The notes under the pieces are model-generated. The model ran no database searches and was not told where the DNA came from. It saw only the letters and a program-made list of their open reading frames with translations. A stretch of 51,075 bases of DNA from a phage: the sequence record PZ871099.1, one strand, 5' to 3'. Shown one piece after another: positions 10,504 through 20,568 of this stretch (positions within the stretch are counted from its first letter, which is position 1; every line of letters begins with the position of its first letter). The position numbers and the translations under genes are program-made.

Positions 10504-10821
10504 ATGGCAAAGATGAAACTAACGTTAGGCCCACTGCCTGATTTTAAACTGCCTGTTTCTTTCGTGCTTCCAAATGGTGATGAGCAAGTTATTGTTTTCA
10601 CTGTGCGCCACAAGAAGGCAAGCGAGATTCACGAACGATACACGGCAGAAAAGCCGATGAGCGACGTAGAAATGATCACCTTCCTTGCTTCCGGTTGGGA
10701 TCTGGAAGATGAATTTAACGAGGAAAACGTTGCTAAATTGCTGGATTATTACCCTTCTGCGTCATTATCGCTGACTGGTCATTATATGAAAGCACTTGCG
10801 GGGCAGCGGGTAAAAAACTAA
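10504..10821 (+). CDS. tail assembly chaperone (lambda G-like)
   Basis: 105 aa, ends at slippery site A AAA AAC immediately before the stop; precedes tape measure. Confidence 0.7.
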   Translation: MAKMKLTLGPLPDFKLPVSFVLPNGDEQVIVFTVRHKKASEIHERYTAEKPMSDVEMITFLASGWDLEDEFNEENVAKLLDYYPSASLSLTGHYMKALAGQRVKN

Positions 10822-11138
10822 AGCGGGCGGTTTACCTGTTTTACCTCAAGCCGCCAACTGACGCACAATTAGAGGCCGTCGGCCTATCCCGTTCAGACTA
10901 CGAAGGGGAGGAGCCGCCGGAGGTAATTTTTGATGAATCAATGTTTCAATCTTGGGATCTGTTTTGCGCCATGCAGACGCAATGGAGATCGACTAGCGGC
11001 AGCGTGTATGGGTTCGACTATAACGTTTTGCCCATGCTTTTTGACATTTACAAGATTGATGATCGTGAGATGGCGCTAAATGATTTGCGCATCATGGAAC
11101 AAAAGGCGCTAGAAATGATTCATTCAAACAAAACATAA
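10504..11138 (+). CDS. tail assembly chaperone frameshift product (lambda GT-like, -1 PRF)
   Basis: The -1 frame from 10818 is open and continues into ORF 10941..11138 (frame checked base by base). Confidence 0.6.
10812..10818 (+). promoter_or_regulatory. -1 programmed ribosomal frameshift slippery heptamer AAAAAAC
   Basis: Codons GTA AAA AAC TAA; heptamer fits X XXY YYZ in the zero frame. Confidence 0.6.
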
Positions 11139-11159
11139 GCGCCGCGAGGCGCTTTTTTA
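11139..11159 (+). terminator. terminator-like hairpin after the GT frame
   Basis: GCGCCgcgaGGCGC plus TTTTTT. Confidence 0.6.
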
Positions 11160-11177
11160 ATATCTGGAGGTTTTAAA

Positions 11178-13859
11178 ATGGCTGAAAAATACGCTGGCCT
11201 AACGCTAGGCGTTGACGTGTCGCAGGTCAACAATGCTGTTAAATCATTGCAGCAATTCAAGAAGGCAAACGACGACGCAAAAAAAAGCGTTAATGAATTT
11301 GTTGATTCTGAGGTTGTTGCCCGACAGCAAGCAAAACAGCTTGCCGAAGAACTGGCGCGCCAGAAAGCAGAATTTAAGAAAATCCAGGAGTCAATTGATC
11401 CCACTGCATCAAAGATGGATAAGCTGCGAAAGGCAGCGACACAGCTTGATGCGCTATGGAAAAAGGGCGTTGTTCCTGATCAGACTTTTTTTGAGCTTGG
11501 GGCAATTCTTGAGACGCAGCAAAACAAGCTGATCGCAACCAAAAAAGCGATGACAGAGGAAGGTCGCGCGGCGCTTGAGGAATCAAAGAACAAGGCGCGT
11601 GCAGCGGAAGAGGCTAAAAAATTCATCCAGGCTTTGCGTGAGCAGGAAGAAGCAGCCGGAAAAAGCAAGTCTGAATTGCTGGAAATGAAAGCGGCACAGC
11701 TTGGAGTTAGCCAGGAGGCAGCACCTTACATCGCAAGGCTGAAAGAGCAGGAAAAGCAGATCCAGAAACTTGGGATTTCTACAGGCCAATACAAACAAGC
11801 AATGGCGCAATTGCCAATGCAGATCACAGACGTGGTGACTTCACTTGCTTCTGGTATGCCCGTTTGGTTGGTCGCAGTCCAGCAGGGTGGACAGATCAAG
11901 GATTCTTTTGGTGGCGCATCCAATGCTTTAAAAGCGTTGCTATCTTTCCTGAATCCGGTAAACGTGGCGTTTGGTTTGCTTTCCGGCACGCTGGCAATTG
12001 CTGCATATAATGCCCACAAAGCACAGACAGAGCTTGAAGCAATTAAAAAAACCGTTCAGGAAACAACTGGCTTGAGTGGTGAGTTTGCCGAAAAGATTGC
12101 TATAGGAATCCAGGAGCTTTCCGACAAGACAGGCGAAAGCGCCGAAGATCTGGCAAAGGCTTACATCACCACGAAAGACGGCGCGAGCGAGGCGATTAAA
12201 AAACTGGTTGACGTTGGAATGACTTATGATGACGCGAAAAAGAAAGTCAACGAGTACAAGGGCGCGTCTAGCTTTGTCAGCTTGAATAACGAAATTGCAA
12301 ACCACAAAAACAAAGTCCTTGAGTTGGGCGAGTCGTGGTATGAAGTTTTGAAAGCTAAGCGTGATTACGCTTCCCCGTCCGGCGGCCTGTTAGGTAAAGA
12401 GCTTGGCTATGTTAATCCTATGCTTAAGTTTGCACTTAACACTTATGAAGACATTGGAAAGGTCGTAAAAGATGCGAATAAGGACATGGCGGAGCGAGCG
12501 GAGCGAATCGACAAAGAAAACCTGTCATTAAACAGAGTGAGAGCGGCGCAAGAGGCTTTAAACAAAGCCATTGAGGATCAGAAGGGCGTGGCGCGTTCGG
12601 CTGATGAAGAACTGAAAAAGCGCGCGGCTGAAAACGTGGAGTTCAGACGCAAAGAGCTTGAGGAGATCAAGAAGCAGGAGCAGAAAAAGAAAGAGGCTAA
12701 AGGGGGAATAGTTCGCGGCCCTACTGAGCAGCTTGATAAAGAGTTGTACGTTTTAAAAGCGCAACTGGAAACTCTTAAAGAGCATCGCACTGTTAACGAT
12801 GTTATTTCTCGCCAGCGTAAATCTTTATGGAGCATCGAAAAGCAAATCGAGATCCTGGAGAATGCGCAGAGCAAGCGTAAATTGACCGGAGCGGAACAGG
12901 CGCTACTAAACGAGCAAAAAGCCGTTCTTGAAATGGCAAGACAAAAAGCGGAGCTAGGGGATCAGATTGTTTTGCAGGAGCGCAAAAACAAGCTGGAGCA
13001 AGATAGTCTTAAGTTTATCCGTGAAACGGAGGCGGCTATTGATGCGATTGGCCTTAAGCAACTTGGCTACACTGAAAAGCAGATCGAGCGTGAGCTAGAG
13101 TTGCGCAAGCTGCGCACCGACTACGAGGCGCAAGGCGGAAGCGTTAGCGACGAAGTTTTTCAGCAAATGGAGACGAAACTTAAGCTGTATTACCAGGCAC
13201 AAGACGAGGCGCAAGGCAACTGGTTAGCCGGAGCAAAGAACGCATGGGAGCTATTCGCGGAAGATGCAAACAATGCCTATGGCAATGTTCAGCAGATCGC
13301 AAGCGAGGCGTTAAACGGCCTTACAAACCAATTAGCGAATTTTATCGCTACTGGCAAGGCAAACTTTAAAGACTTCTCGACTGCTATCATCAAAATGATT
13401 ATTCAGATGATCACGAAAATGGTTGTCTTTAATGCGTTATCTGGCCTGATGGGTGGTCAAACCTGGACGATGGGGAGCTTGCTTAAGAATATTGGCGGAT
13501 TTGCTGGCGGTGGATACACTGGCGACGGCGGGAAGTATGAGCCAGCCGGAATTGTTCATAAGGGTGAATTTGTCATGACGAAGGAGGCAACGCAGCGTAT
13601 CGGAGTAGGCAACTTGTACCGCATGATGCGAGGCTATGCTAACGGCGGCGTTGTTGGTGGTTCCGGCTATACTGGCGGTGGCACTGTCACTGGTGGAGCA
13701 CCTCAATTTAACATCGGTGGGATTGATGTTAGCATCAATAACGGCAATGATCCGAAGGGTATCGAAACTGGTGTTAAGATGATCTTTACTGATATGATTA
13801 GACGTTCCTGTATGCAGGGCGGGGAGGTTTACGAATTTGTTATGAGCAAGCGAGGTTGA
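11178..13859 (+). CDS. tail tape measure protein
   Basis: 893 aa, extensive coiled-coil, Gly-rich C-terminal region, directly after G/GT. Confidence 0.9.
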   Translation: MAEKYAGLTLGVDVSQVNNAVKSLQQFKKANDDAKKSVNEFVDSEVVARQQAKQLAEELARQKAEFKKIQESIDPTASKMDKLRKAATQLDALWKKGVVPDQTFFELGAILETQQNKLIATKKAMTEEGRAALEESKNKARAAEEAKKFIQALREQEEAAGKSKSELLEMKAAQLGVSQEAAPYIARLKEQEKQIQKLGISTGQYKQAMAQLPMQITDVVTSLASGMPVWLVAVQQGGQIKDSFGGASNALKALLSFLNPVNVAFGLLSGTLAIAAYNAHKAQTELEAIKKTVQETTGLSGEFAEKIAIGIQELSDKTGESAEDLAKAYITTKDGASEAIKKLVDVGMTYDDAKKKVNEYKGASSFVSLNNEIANHKNKVLELGESWYEVLKAKRDYASPSGGLLGKELGYVNPMLKFALNTYEDIGKVVKDANKDMAERAERIDKENLSLNRVRAAQEALNKAIEDQKGVARSADEELKKRAAENVEFRRKELEEIKKQEQKKKEAKGGIVRGPTEQLDKELYVLKAQLETLKEHRTVNDVISRQRKSLWSIEKQIEILENAQSKRKLTGAEQALLNEQKAVLEMARQKAELGDQIVLQERKNKLEQDSLKFIRETEAAIDAIGLKQLGYTEKQIERELELRKLRTDYEAQGGSVSDEVFQQMETKLKLYYQAQDEAQGNWLAGAKNAWELFAEDANNAYGNVQQIASEALNGLTNQLANFIATGKANFKDFSTAIIKMIIQMITKMVVFNALSGLMGGQTWTMGSLLKNIGGFAGGGYTGDGGKYEPAGIVHKGEFVMTKEATQRIGVGNLYRMMRGYANGGVVGGSGYTGGGTVTGGAPQFNIGGIDVSINNGNDPKGIETGVKMIFTDMIRRSCMQGGEVYEFVMSKRG

Positions 13860-14212
13860 TAATGAAGCTGGATCAGTTTAAGTGGTGTACGCAGGTTCAG
13901 AACGGCGGCGGGGCAATGACGTCATCGAATAACGATCGAGAGATTGCATTCGGTAACGGATACACACAGGTAGCATCTGGAGGTTTTAACACAATCCGGC
14001 GAGAGTTTAGCATTGTTTACGCTGGGCTTGATTACAGAGATGTTGTCAAGTTCCTGAATGAGCACAGGCTAAAGCCTTTCTTGTGGATCATGCCTGATGG
14101 AAGCCCTGGATTGTTCAGGGTGAAAAGCGGCAGCGTCGGCCTTACTCCACTGTCGCCAACCGTTCAGGAAGTAAAAGCCACTTTTACGGAGCAATTTACA
14201 TCAATGCAATAA
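13856..14212 (+). CDS. minor tail protein (lambda M-like)
   Basis: 118 aa, ATGA overlap with tape measure stop. Confidence 0.55.
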   Translation: MIMKLDQFKWCTQVQNGGGAMTSSNNDREIAFGNGYTQVASGGFNTIRREFSIVYAGLDYRDVVKFLNEHRLKPFLWIMPDGSPGLFRVKSGSVGLTPLSPTVQEVKATFTEQFTSMQ

Positions 14213-14216
14213 TTTA

Positions 14217-14241
14217 AAGCCGCCTTTGTGCGGCTTTTTTC
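14217..14241 (+). terminator. rho-independent terminator
   Basis: AAGCCGCctttgtGCGGCTT plus T-run. Confidence 0.7.
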
Positions 14242-14274
14242 TTGATGTTACAATGAGCAAAAAGGAGGTAGAAA

Positions 14275-15036
14275 ATGGCTAATAAAGAATCAGGTAGAGT
14301 TGAATTTGAGAACTGCCTACAAAGTTTATACCCAGGCGAAATTATAACGCTCGTAGAGATTGATGGGACGAAGTTCGGAGCAAGTATTTACCGATTTCAC
14401 AATGAGAACATCTCTTATACTGCCGAAGAATTAATGCAAGCGCAGCAAACCGGAATCTTGCCGCCGAAAGATATTATTTTTCAGGGTGAGGTTTACGGAG
14501 CGCGGCCTTTCGGTGTGAGCGGGATTAACTTCACAAGTAACGGCAGGGCAGATAAGCCTCAGCTTATAGTGTCAAACCTTGACAGCAGGGTTAGCGCCAT
14601 GATCAGAAATTACAATGGCATGATGCAAGCAAAGGTGACTTTCTGGATTACGGCAAAGGAATTTATAGGAGAAGGCGGAGCAATCAAAGATGGCGCTTAC
14701 AGAAAATTGGTTTATTACATTGAGCGCCCAAGCCAGTATAATAGAGAGGTGGCGAAATTTGATCTGACATCGCCTTACGATATGGATGGATTAATGATCC
14801 CGCCGCGCATCACTCAAAGCGTTTGCTATTGGGCGCAAAGGGGGTGGTACAGGAGCGGAAAGGGTTGCTCTTATAACGGATCGGCAATGTTCGATAAAGA
14901 CAATAAGCCAGTAACAGATCCATCACAAGACTATTGCGCCGGAACTGTAACGGCTTGCAAATTGAGATTCGGTCAGCAAAACGAGTTGGATTTCGGCGGT
15001 TGCGCGGTGGCGTCACTGCTACGGAGGAATCAATAA
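14275..15036 (+). CDS. minor tail protein (lambda L-like)
   Basis: 253 aa; C-terminal cysteine cluster as in gpL-type proteins; position. Confidence 0.6.
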   Translation: MANKESGRVEFENCLQSLYPGEIITLVEIDGTKFGASIYRFHNENISYTAEELMQAQQTGILPPKDIIFQGEVYGARPFGVSGINFTSNGRADKPQLIVSNLDSRVSAMIRNYNGMMQAKVTFWITAKEFIGEGGAIKDGAYRKLVYYIERPSQYNREVAKFDLTSPYDMDGLMIPPRITQSVCYWAQRGWYRSGKGCSYNGSAMFDKDNKPVTDPSQDYCAGTVTACKLRFGQQNELDFGGCAVASLLRRNQ

Positions 15037-15767
15037 TGATTAGTGCAAAAATTAAACTTGAAATAATGCAGCACGTTAAAGAGGAATACCCTAAAGAGGC
15101 TTGCGGTGTCATAACTCAAAAGTCACGGGTACAGAAATATCACCGCATAACCAACGTGCATGATGATCCAGAAAATCATTTTGAAATGGACGCCGTAGAA
15201 TACGCTGAATCGCTCGACAAAGGCGAATTAATCGCGGTGGTGCATTCCCATTGCGGGGATGGTGCTAGCACGATACCGAGCGCGCACGACTCATGTATGT
15301 GCGATGAAATGGGTGTGTCGTGGATTATAGTGTCATGGCCAGAAGGTGATATGAGAATTGTCGAGCCGCAGGAGAGGCCGCTTATCGGTCGCCCGTGGTC
15401 GCTGGGGTCGTTCGATTGCTGGGGTCTTATCATGGCATGGCATAAACAGCACGGAGTAGTATTGAATGACTTCCGAAAGCCTTACGAGTGGTGGAAGTCA
15501 GAATATGGTGAAAATCTTTACCAGGATAATTATTTGAAAGAGGGATTTGTTGAAACTAACGAGCCTCCAAAACCTGGTGATATGGTGATTATGCAGCTAT
15601 CATCGCCAGTCTGGAATCATGCGGGGATTTATTTGGGTAACAATCAGCTATTACATCATGCGTTTGGAAAGCTATCTCGCATTGACTTGTATTCTGGATG
15701 GTATCAGGAGCACACTGTAAAAATTTGCCGACATAAGGATCTGAAATATGACATTGAAAGTAATTAA
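15037..15767 (+). CDS. tail assembly protein (lambda K-like, MPN/JAB + NlpC/P60)
   Basis: JAMM-like HSH...S..D segment (VVHSHCGDGASTIPSAHD) and NlpC/P60-like Cys (FDCWGLI); start at MISAKIK. Confidence 0.7.
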
Positions 15768-16344
15768 GCTATCTGGTTCCCTGGGGCGTAGATTTGGCGT
15801 CTTTCACAAAATGGCGGTTGACTCATACCCCGAAGCAATACGCGCGTTATCTTCCCAGGTTGAAGGGTTCAAAGACTACATGCAAAGCGAAGTTGGATCG
15901 CGCATGAAGTATGCTATATTCGTTGACGGTAAAAACATTGGTCAGCATGATGAAAAATCATGGAAGTGCGCGCGAGAGGTTAGAATAGTTCCTGTTCCAA
16001 CTGGTTCTAAGTCCGGCGGCCTGTTCAATGTTGTTTTTGGTGCTGTAATTATGGCTACTGCGTTCATTACTGGCGGTGCAAGCCTGGCGGCTATGGGCGC
16101 TTTTGCATCTTCCGCATTTATGATGGGTGGTGCTATCGCGCTTGGCGGTGTCATGCAAATGATCTCTCCGCAGCAGGGCGGAATGAAACTGCAAAGCCAA
16201 TCAGCAGAAAACAAGCCTTCTTACGCTTTCGGCGGTGCAGTAAATACCACGGCGGCAGGCTATCCGGTTCCTTTGCCATATGGATATAGGACAGTAGGCG
16301 GCGCGATCTGGTCGGCTGGCAGCTACGCAGAGGACAAAGCATAA
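15748..16344 (+). CDS. tail assembly protein (lambda I-like)
   Basis: 198 aa, Gly/Ala-rich hydrophobic C-terminal half, position between K-like and J-like. Confidence 0.55.
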   Translation: MTLKVIKLSGSLGRRFGVFHKMAVDSYPEAIRALSSQVEGFKDYMQSEVGSRMKYAIFVDGKNIGQHDEKSWKCAREVRIVPVPTGSKSGGLFNVVFGAVIMATAFITGGASLAAMGAFASSAFMMGGAIALGGVMQMISPQQGGMKLQSQSAENKPSYAFGGAVNTTAAGYPVPLPYGYRTVGGAIWSAGSYAEDKA

Positions 16345-16364
16345 ATAGCACAATATGTTAAAGC
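16344..16364 (+). promoter_or_regulatory. conserved intergenic motif copy, degenerate (AATAGCACAATATGTTAAAG)
   Basis: Starts at the stop of the I-like gene, upstream of the HNH gene. Confidence 0.45.
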
Positions 16365-16405
16365 GAAAACGGATTTTCGCTTTACAATTAATTAAGGAGG
16401 TGATC

Positions 16406-16882
16406 ATGTGGCGTGATATTTTTTATTATAATGACGGTAAGTTATTTTGGGCTGTAGACGTAGGAAGAAGGATAAAGAAAGGAAGTGAGGCAGGAAGCGT
16501 AAGCAAAAGCAAGAAGAGTGGAGAAAGGGTTAGAATATCAATTGATGGAGAAAGATACTACAGGAGCAGGATAGTTTGGGAAATTCATAATGGAGAAATA
16601 CCGCATGGAATGCAAGTTGATCACATAGATCACAACACAATGAACGACAATATTTCAAACTTAAGACTTGTTAGAATGAGTGTTAACAACAAGAATAAGT
16701 CGCTTTACAGGAACAGCAAGACGGGAATTACTGGGGTAAACTTTAGTCGCGGAAAATGGATTGCAAGAGCAAAGATTGATGGTGTTAGGCATGAATTTTA
16801 CTTTGATTCATTTCAGGATGCGGCAGAAAAGAGGATAGAGATTGAAGTTTTAAACAAATTCCACATAAACCACGGAAAGTAG
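16406..16882 (+). CDS. HNH homing endonuclease with AP2-like DNA-binding domain
   Basis: HNH segment DHIDHNTMNDNISNLRLV; AP2-like GVNFSRGKWIARAKIDGVRHEFYFDSF; flanked by terminators; RBS AAGGAGG before ATG 16406. Confidence 0.7.
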   Translation: MWRDIFYYNDGKLFWAVDVGRRIKKGSEAGSVSKSKKSGERVRISIDGERYYRSRIVWEIHNGEIPHGMQVDHIDHNTMNDNISNLRLVRMSVNNKNKSLYRNSKTGITGVNFSRGKWIARAKIDGVRHEFYFDSFQDAAEKRIEIEVLNKFHINHGK

Positions 16883-16888
16883 ATTTAA

Positions 16889-16911
16889 CCAGCATTGCGC
16901 TGGTTTTTTTG
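16889..16911 (+). terminator. rho-independent terminator after the HNH gene
   Basis: CCAGCattGCGCTGG plus T7. Confidence 0.75.
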
Positions 16912-16959
16912 TGCCTTTATAATGTGCAAACCAAGAAACAGCACAAAGGGTTAAAAGTC

Positions 16960-19900
16960 ATGGCTAAATATATGATAAGCGGCAGTAAGGGCGGAAGCAA
17001 AAAGCCATACGTGCCAAAAGAGATGGAAGATAACCTGATCTCGATAAACAAGATTAAAGTTTTGCTGGCTGTATCTGATGGCGAGTGCGATCCAAATTTC
17101 ACGTTGCGCGATCTTTATCTTGATGATGTTCCGGTTATTGCCAGCGATGGCACTGTTAACTACGAGGGAGTTACGGCTGAATATCGACCAGGTACGCAGA
17201 CGCAAGATTACATCCAGGGGTTTACTGACACATCAAGCGAGGTGACAGTTTCGCGAGATATTACAGCAGACAATCCCTATATTATCTCTGTAACAAACAA
17301 AAATCTTTCCGCAATCAGAATCAAGATTCTGATGCCAACTGGCATAAAGCAGGAGGATAACGGCGATCTTGTTGGTGTAAGGGTTCAATATGCCGTAGAT
17401 ATGGCTGTTGATGGCGGTTCTTATAGCGAGGTTATGAGAGATGTAATTGACGGCAAGACAAGATCAGGATATGACCGCAGCAGAAGGATTGATCTTCCTA
17501 AGTTTGATGAGCGCGTTTTAATCAGGGTCAAGCGACTGACTCCAGACAGCACATCTTCAAAGGTGACTGATAAAATCAAACTGCAAAGTTACGCTGAGGT
17601 TGTGGATGCAAAATTCCGTTATCCTCTGACTGGCCTTGTATTCGTAGAATTTGACAGCGAATTGTTTCCTACGCAAATCCCTAACATTTCTATAAAAAAG
17701 AAATGGAAGATTATTAACGTGCCAAGCAACTACGATCCAATATCAAGAGAATATCACGGGTCATGGGATGGTACTTTTAAAAAAGCGTGGTCAAATAATC
17801 CTGCTTGGGTGCTTTATGATCTGGTAACGAATCAGCGTTATGGGCTTGACCAGCGAGAGCTAGGAATACAGATCGACAAGTGGAGCTTATATGAGGCAGG
17901 AGTTTACTGTGATCAGAAAGTTCCAGACGGTAAAGGCGGTACAGAGCCTCGCTACCTATGCGATGTTGTGATTCAGAATCAAGTTGAGGCTTATCAGCTA
18001 ATCCGTGACATTTGCTCAATCTTTCGCGGAATGAGCTTTTGGAATGGTGAGAGCTTATCAATCGTGATTGATAAGCCGCGCGATCCATCATACGTGTTTA
18101 CTAATGAAAACGTCATCAACGGTGATTTTCAGTACACAACCGCAAGCGAAAAAAGCATGTACACGCAGTGTAACGTGACGTTTGACGACGAACAAAACAT
18201 GTATCAACAGGACGTAGAGGGGGTTTTTGATACTGAGGCGGCATTACGATTTGGATACAATCCAACAAGCATTACAGCGATCGGGTGTACACGCAGGAGC
18301 GAAGCGAATCGTCGCGGTCGGTGGGTTTTGAAAACAAACCTTAGAAGCACTACTGTAAACTTTGCTACTGGACTGGAGGGGATGATTCCATCAATAGGTG
18401 ATGTGATTGCTATCGCCGATAATTTTCAGAGCAGCAACCTAACGTTAAACCTATCGGGCCGAGTGATGGAAGTTTCAGGATTGCAGGTTTTCGTTCCGTT
18501 TAAGGTTGATGCTCGTCCTGGTGATTTTATTATCATCAACAAGCCGGACGGCAAGCCAGTTAAGCGCACGATTTCAAAGGTGAGCGCAGACGGAAAAACC
18601 ATTGAGTTAAATATTGGATTTGGTTTTGATGTTAAGCCTGATACTGTTTTTGCGATTGACCGTACTGACCTTGCGTTGCAGCAATACGTTGTGACAACTA
18701 TCAGCAAGGGTGATGACGAAAATGAGTTTACCTATTCAATAACGGCTGTAGAGTACGATCCGAACAAATACGACGAGATTGATTATGGAGTAAACATTGA
18801 TGACAGGCCGACTTCAATTGTTCAGCCTGACGTAATGGCAGCGCCTGAGAACGTGCAAATCTCATCTTATTCTCGCGTCGTGCAGGGTGTCAGCGTTGAG
18901 ACTATGGTTGTGTCGTGGGAAAAAGTGCCTTATGCGTCACTGTATGAAATGCAATGGCGAAAAGGTGATGGCAACTGGCTGAATACGCCGCAGACAGCTA
19001 ACAAAGAGATAGAGGTAGAAGGAATTTATTCTGGTAACTACCAAGTAAGGGTTAGATCTGTTTCTGCAAGCGGTAACACTTCCCCGTGGTCAAAGATTGC
19101 AACCGCAACCCTGACAGGTAAAGTTGGCGAGCCAGGAGCGCCGATTAATCTTACAGCTTCTGATAATGAAGTTTTTGGCATTCGTGTTAAATGGGGTATG
19201 CCGGAAGGATCAGGCGATACGGCTTACATTGAGCTTCACCAATCGCCAGACGGAACGGTTGAAAACTCAAGCCTGCTTACGCTGATTCCATATCCTCAAT
19301 ATGAGTATTGGCATAGCACGTTACCAGCGGGTCAAGTTGTATGGTATAGAATCCGTAGCGTTGACAGGATCGGCAATGTTTCCGGCTGGACTGACTTTGT
19401 TCGCGGCATGGCGTCAGATGATGTTGAATCTGTTTTAGGCGACATTCTGGACAAGATTTTTGATACCGAAGCGGGTCAAGAAATCAAAGAGAACGCCATA
19501 GACAGTGCCAACAAAATCAAAGACCAGGCGCAATCAATCATCCAGAACGCATTGGCAAACGATGCTGATGTGAAATGGACGAGAGTACAAAACGGAAAGC
19601 GAAAGGCTGAATATGGTCACGCTCTTGAGCTTATCGCCAACGAAACGGAGGCGCGAGTAACTCAAATCGAAGAGTTAAAGGCTTCAATTGATGACGATAT
19701 AGTTTCAAGTATCAAAACCGTTCAGGAAGCGATTGCCAACGAATCAGAGACGCGAGCTACTCAAGTTCAGCAGCTTGATTCTAAATTTACGAAGGAAATA
19801 GACGGCGTAAAACGAGATACGGCTGCAAGCATTGGCGAGGTAAGGCAAACCATTACCAATGAATCAGAAGCGCGCGCTCAGGCCGTTCAGCAGCTTGACG

Positions 19901-20538
19901 CTAAGTTCACGAAAGAGATAAACGACCTTGACGGAGTTATCAAAACAGAAGTCGAGGCTAACATCTCAGAAGTGAAACAGGCGATCGCCAATGAGACAGA
20001 GGCAAGGGTTCAGGCTGACCAGGCTTTAACAGCTAAATTCGGAGACGTTGAGTCAGCACTAGCAGAAAAACTTGATTCGTGGGCTAACGTTGATTCGGTT
20101 GGCGCTAAGTACGCTATGAAATTGGGCCTTAATTACAAGGGGCAGAAGTACAGCGCAGGAATGGTAATGCAGCTATCGCAATCGTCGCAGGGGTTGATCT
20201 CACAAATCCTTTTCGATGCTAACCGATTTGCAATTATGACCAGTTCGGCAGGTGGCGTTTACACATTGCCGTTTGTAGTAGAAAATAACCAGGTGTTTAT
20301 CAACAGTTTGTTGGTGAAAAACGGGTCCATTACTAACGCAATGATTGGTAACGTGATTCAGTCAAATAACTTTGTTCAGAATCAGCAAGGATGGAGGCTT
20401 GATAAAAATGGTAACTTTGAGAACTACGGAACGAGAGCTGGGGAAGGAGCTACAAAATTCAATAACGAAGGCTTAAAAGTGAAAGATGCAAATGGACGAT
20501 TGAGAGTTGAGATAGGGAGAATAACCGGAAGTTGGTAA
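16960..20538 (+). CDS. tail tip / host specificity protein (lambda J-like)
   Basis: about 1190 aa after L/K/I; C-terminal tandem repeats; start moved to MAKYM at 16960. Confidence 0.8.
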   Translation: MAKYMISGSKGGSKKPYVPKEMEDNLISINKIKVLLAVSDGECDPNFTLRDLYLDDVPVIASDGTVNYEGVTAEYRPGTQTQDYIQGFTDTSSEVTVSRDITADNPYIISVTNKNLSAIRIKILMPTGIKQEDNGDLVGVRVQYAVDMAVDGGSYSEVMRDVIDGKTRSGYDRSRRIDLPKFDERVLIRVKRLTPDSTSSKVTDKIKLQSYAEVVDAKFRYPLTGLVFVEFDSELFPTQIPNISIKKKWKIINVPSNYDPISREYHGSWDGTFKKAWSNNPAWVLYDLVTNQRYGLDQRELGIQIDKWSLYEAGVYCDQKVPDGKGGTEPRYLCDVVIQNQVEAYQLIRDICSIFRGMSFWNGESLSIVIDKPRDPSYVFTNENVINGDFQYTTASEKSMYTQCNVTFDDEQNMYQQDVEGVFDTEAALRFGYNPTSITAIGCTRRSEANRRGRWVLKTNLRSTTVNFATGLEGMIPSIGDVIAIADNFQSSNLTLNLSGRVMEVSGLQVFVPFKVDARPGDFIIINKPDGKPVKRTISKVSADGKTIELNIGFGFDVKPDTVFAIDRTDLALQQYVVTTISKGDDENEFTYSITAVEYDPNKYDEIDYGVNIDDRPTSIVQPDVMAAPENVQISSYSRVVQGVSVETMVVSWEKVPYASLYEMQWRKGDGNWLNTPQTANKEIEVEGIYSGNYQVRVRSVSASGNTSPWSKIATATLTGKVGEPGAPINLTASDNEVFGIRVKWGMPEGSGDTAYIELHQSPDGTVENSSLLTLIPYPQYEYWHSTLPAGQVVWYRIRSVDRIGNVSGWTDFVRGMASDDVESVLGDILDKIFDTEAGQEIKENAIDSANKIKDQAQSIIQNALANDADVKWTRVQNGKRKAEYGHALELIANETEARVTQIEELKASIDDDIVSSIKTVQEAIANESETRATQVQQLDSKFTKEIDGVKRDTAASIGEVRQTITNESEARAQAVQQLDAKFTKEINDLDGVIKTEVEANISEVKQAIANETEARVQADQALTAKFGDVESALAEKLDSWANVDSVGAKYAMKLGLNYKGQKYSAGMVMQLSQSSQGLISQILFDANRFAIMTSSAGGVYTLPFVVENNQVFINSLLVKNGSITNAMIGNVIQSNNFVQNQQGWRLDKNGNFENYGTRAGEGATKFNNEGLKVKDANGRLRVEIGRITGSW

Positions 20539-20568
20539 AAAAAAGGGGGCATAGCCCCCTTTAATTTT
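20537..20568. terminator. bidirectional terminator between the J-like gene and the convergent minus cassette
   Basis: A-run, GGGGGCataGCCCCC, T-rich. Confidence 0.75.

Noticed and set aside
16909-16959. Track start at 16909 for the J-like gene
   Set aside because: The extension runs back toward the HNH terminator; ATG at 16960 (MAKYM) fits the start context seen on other structural genes.
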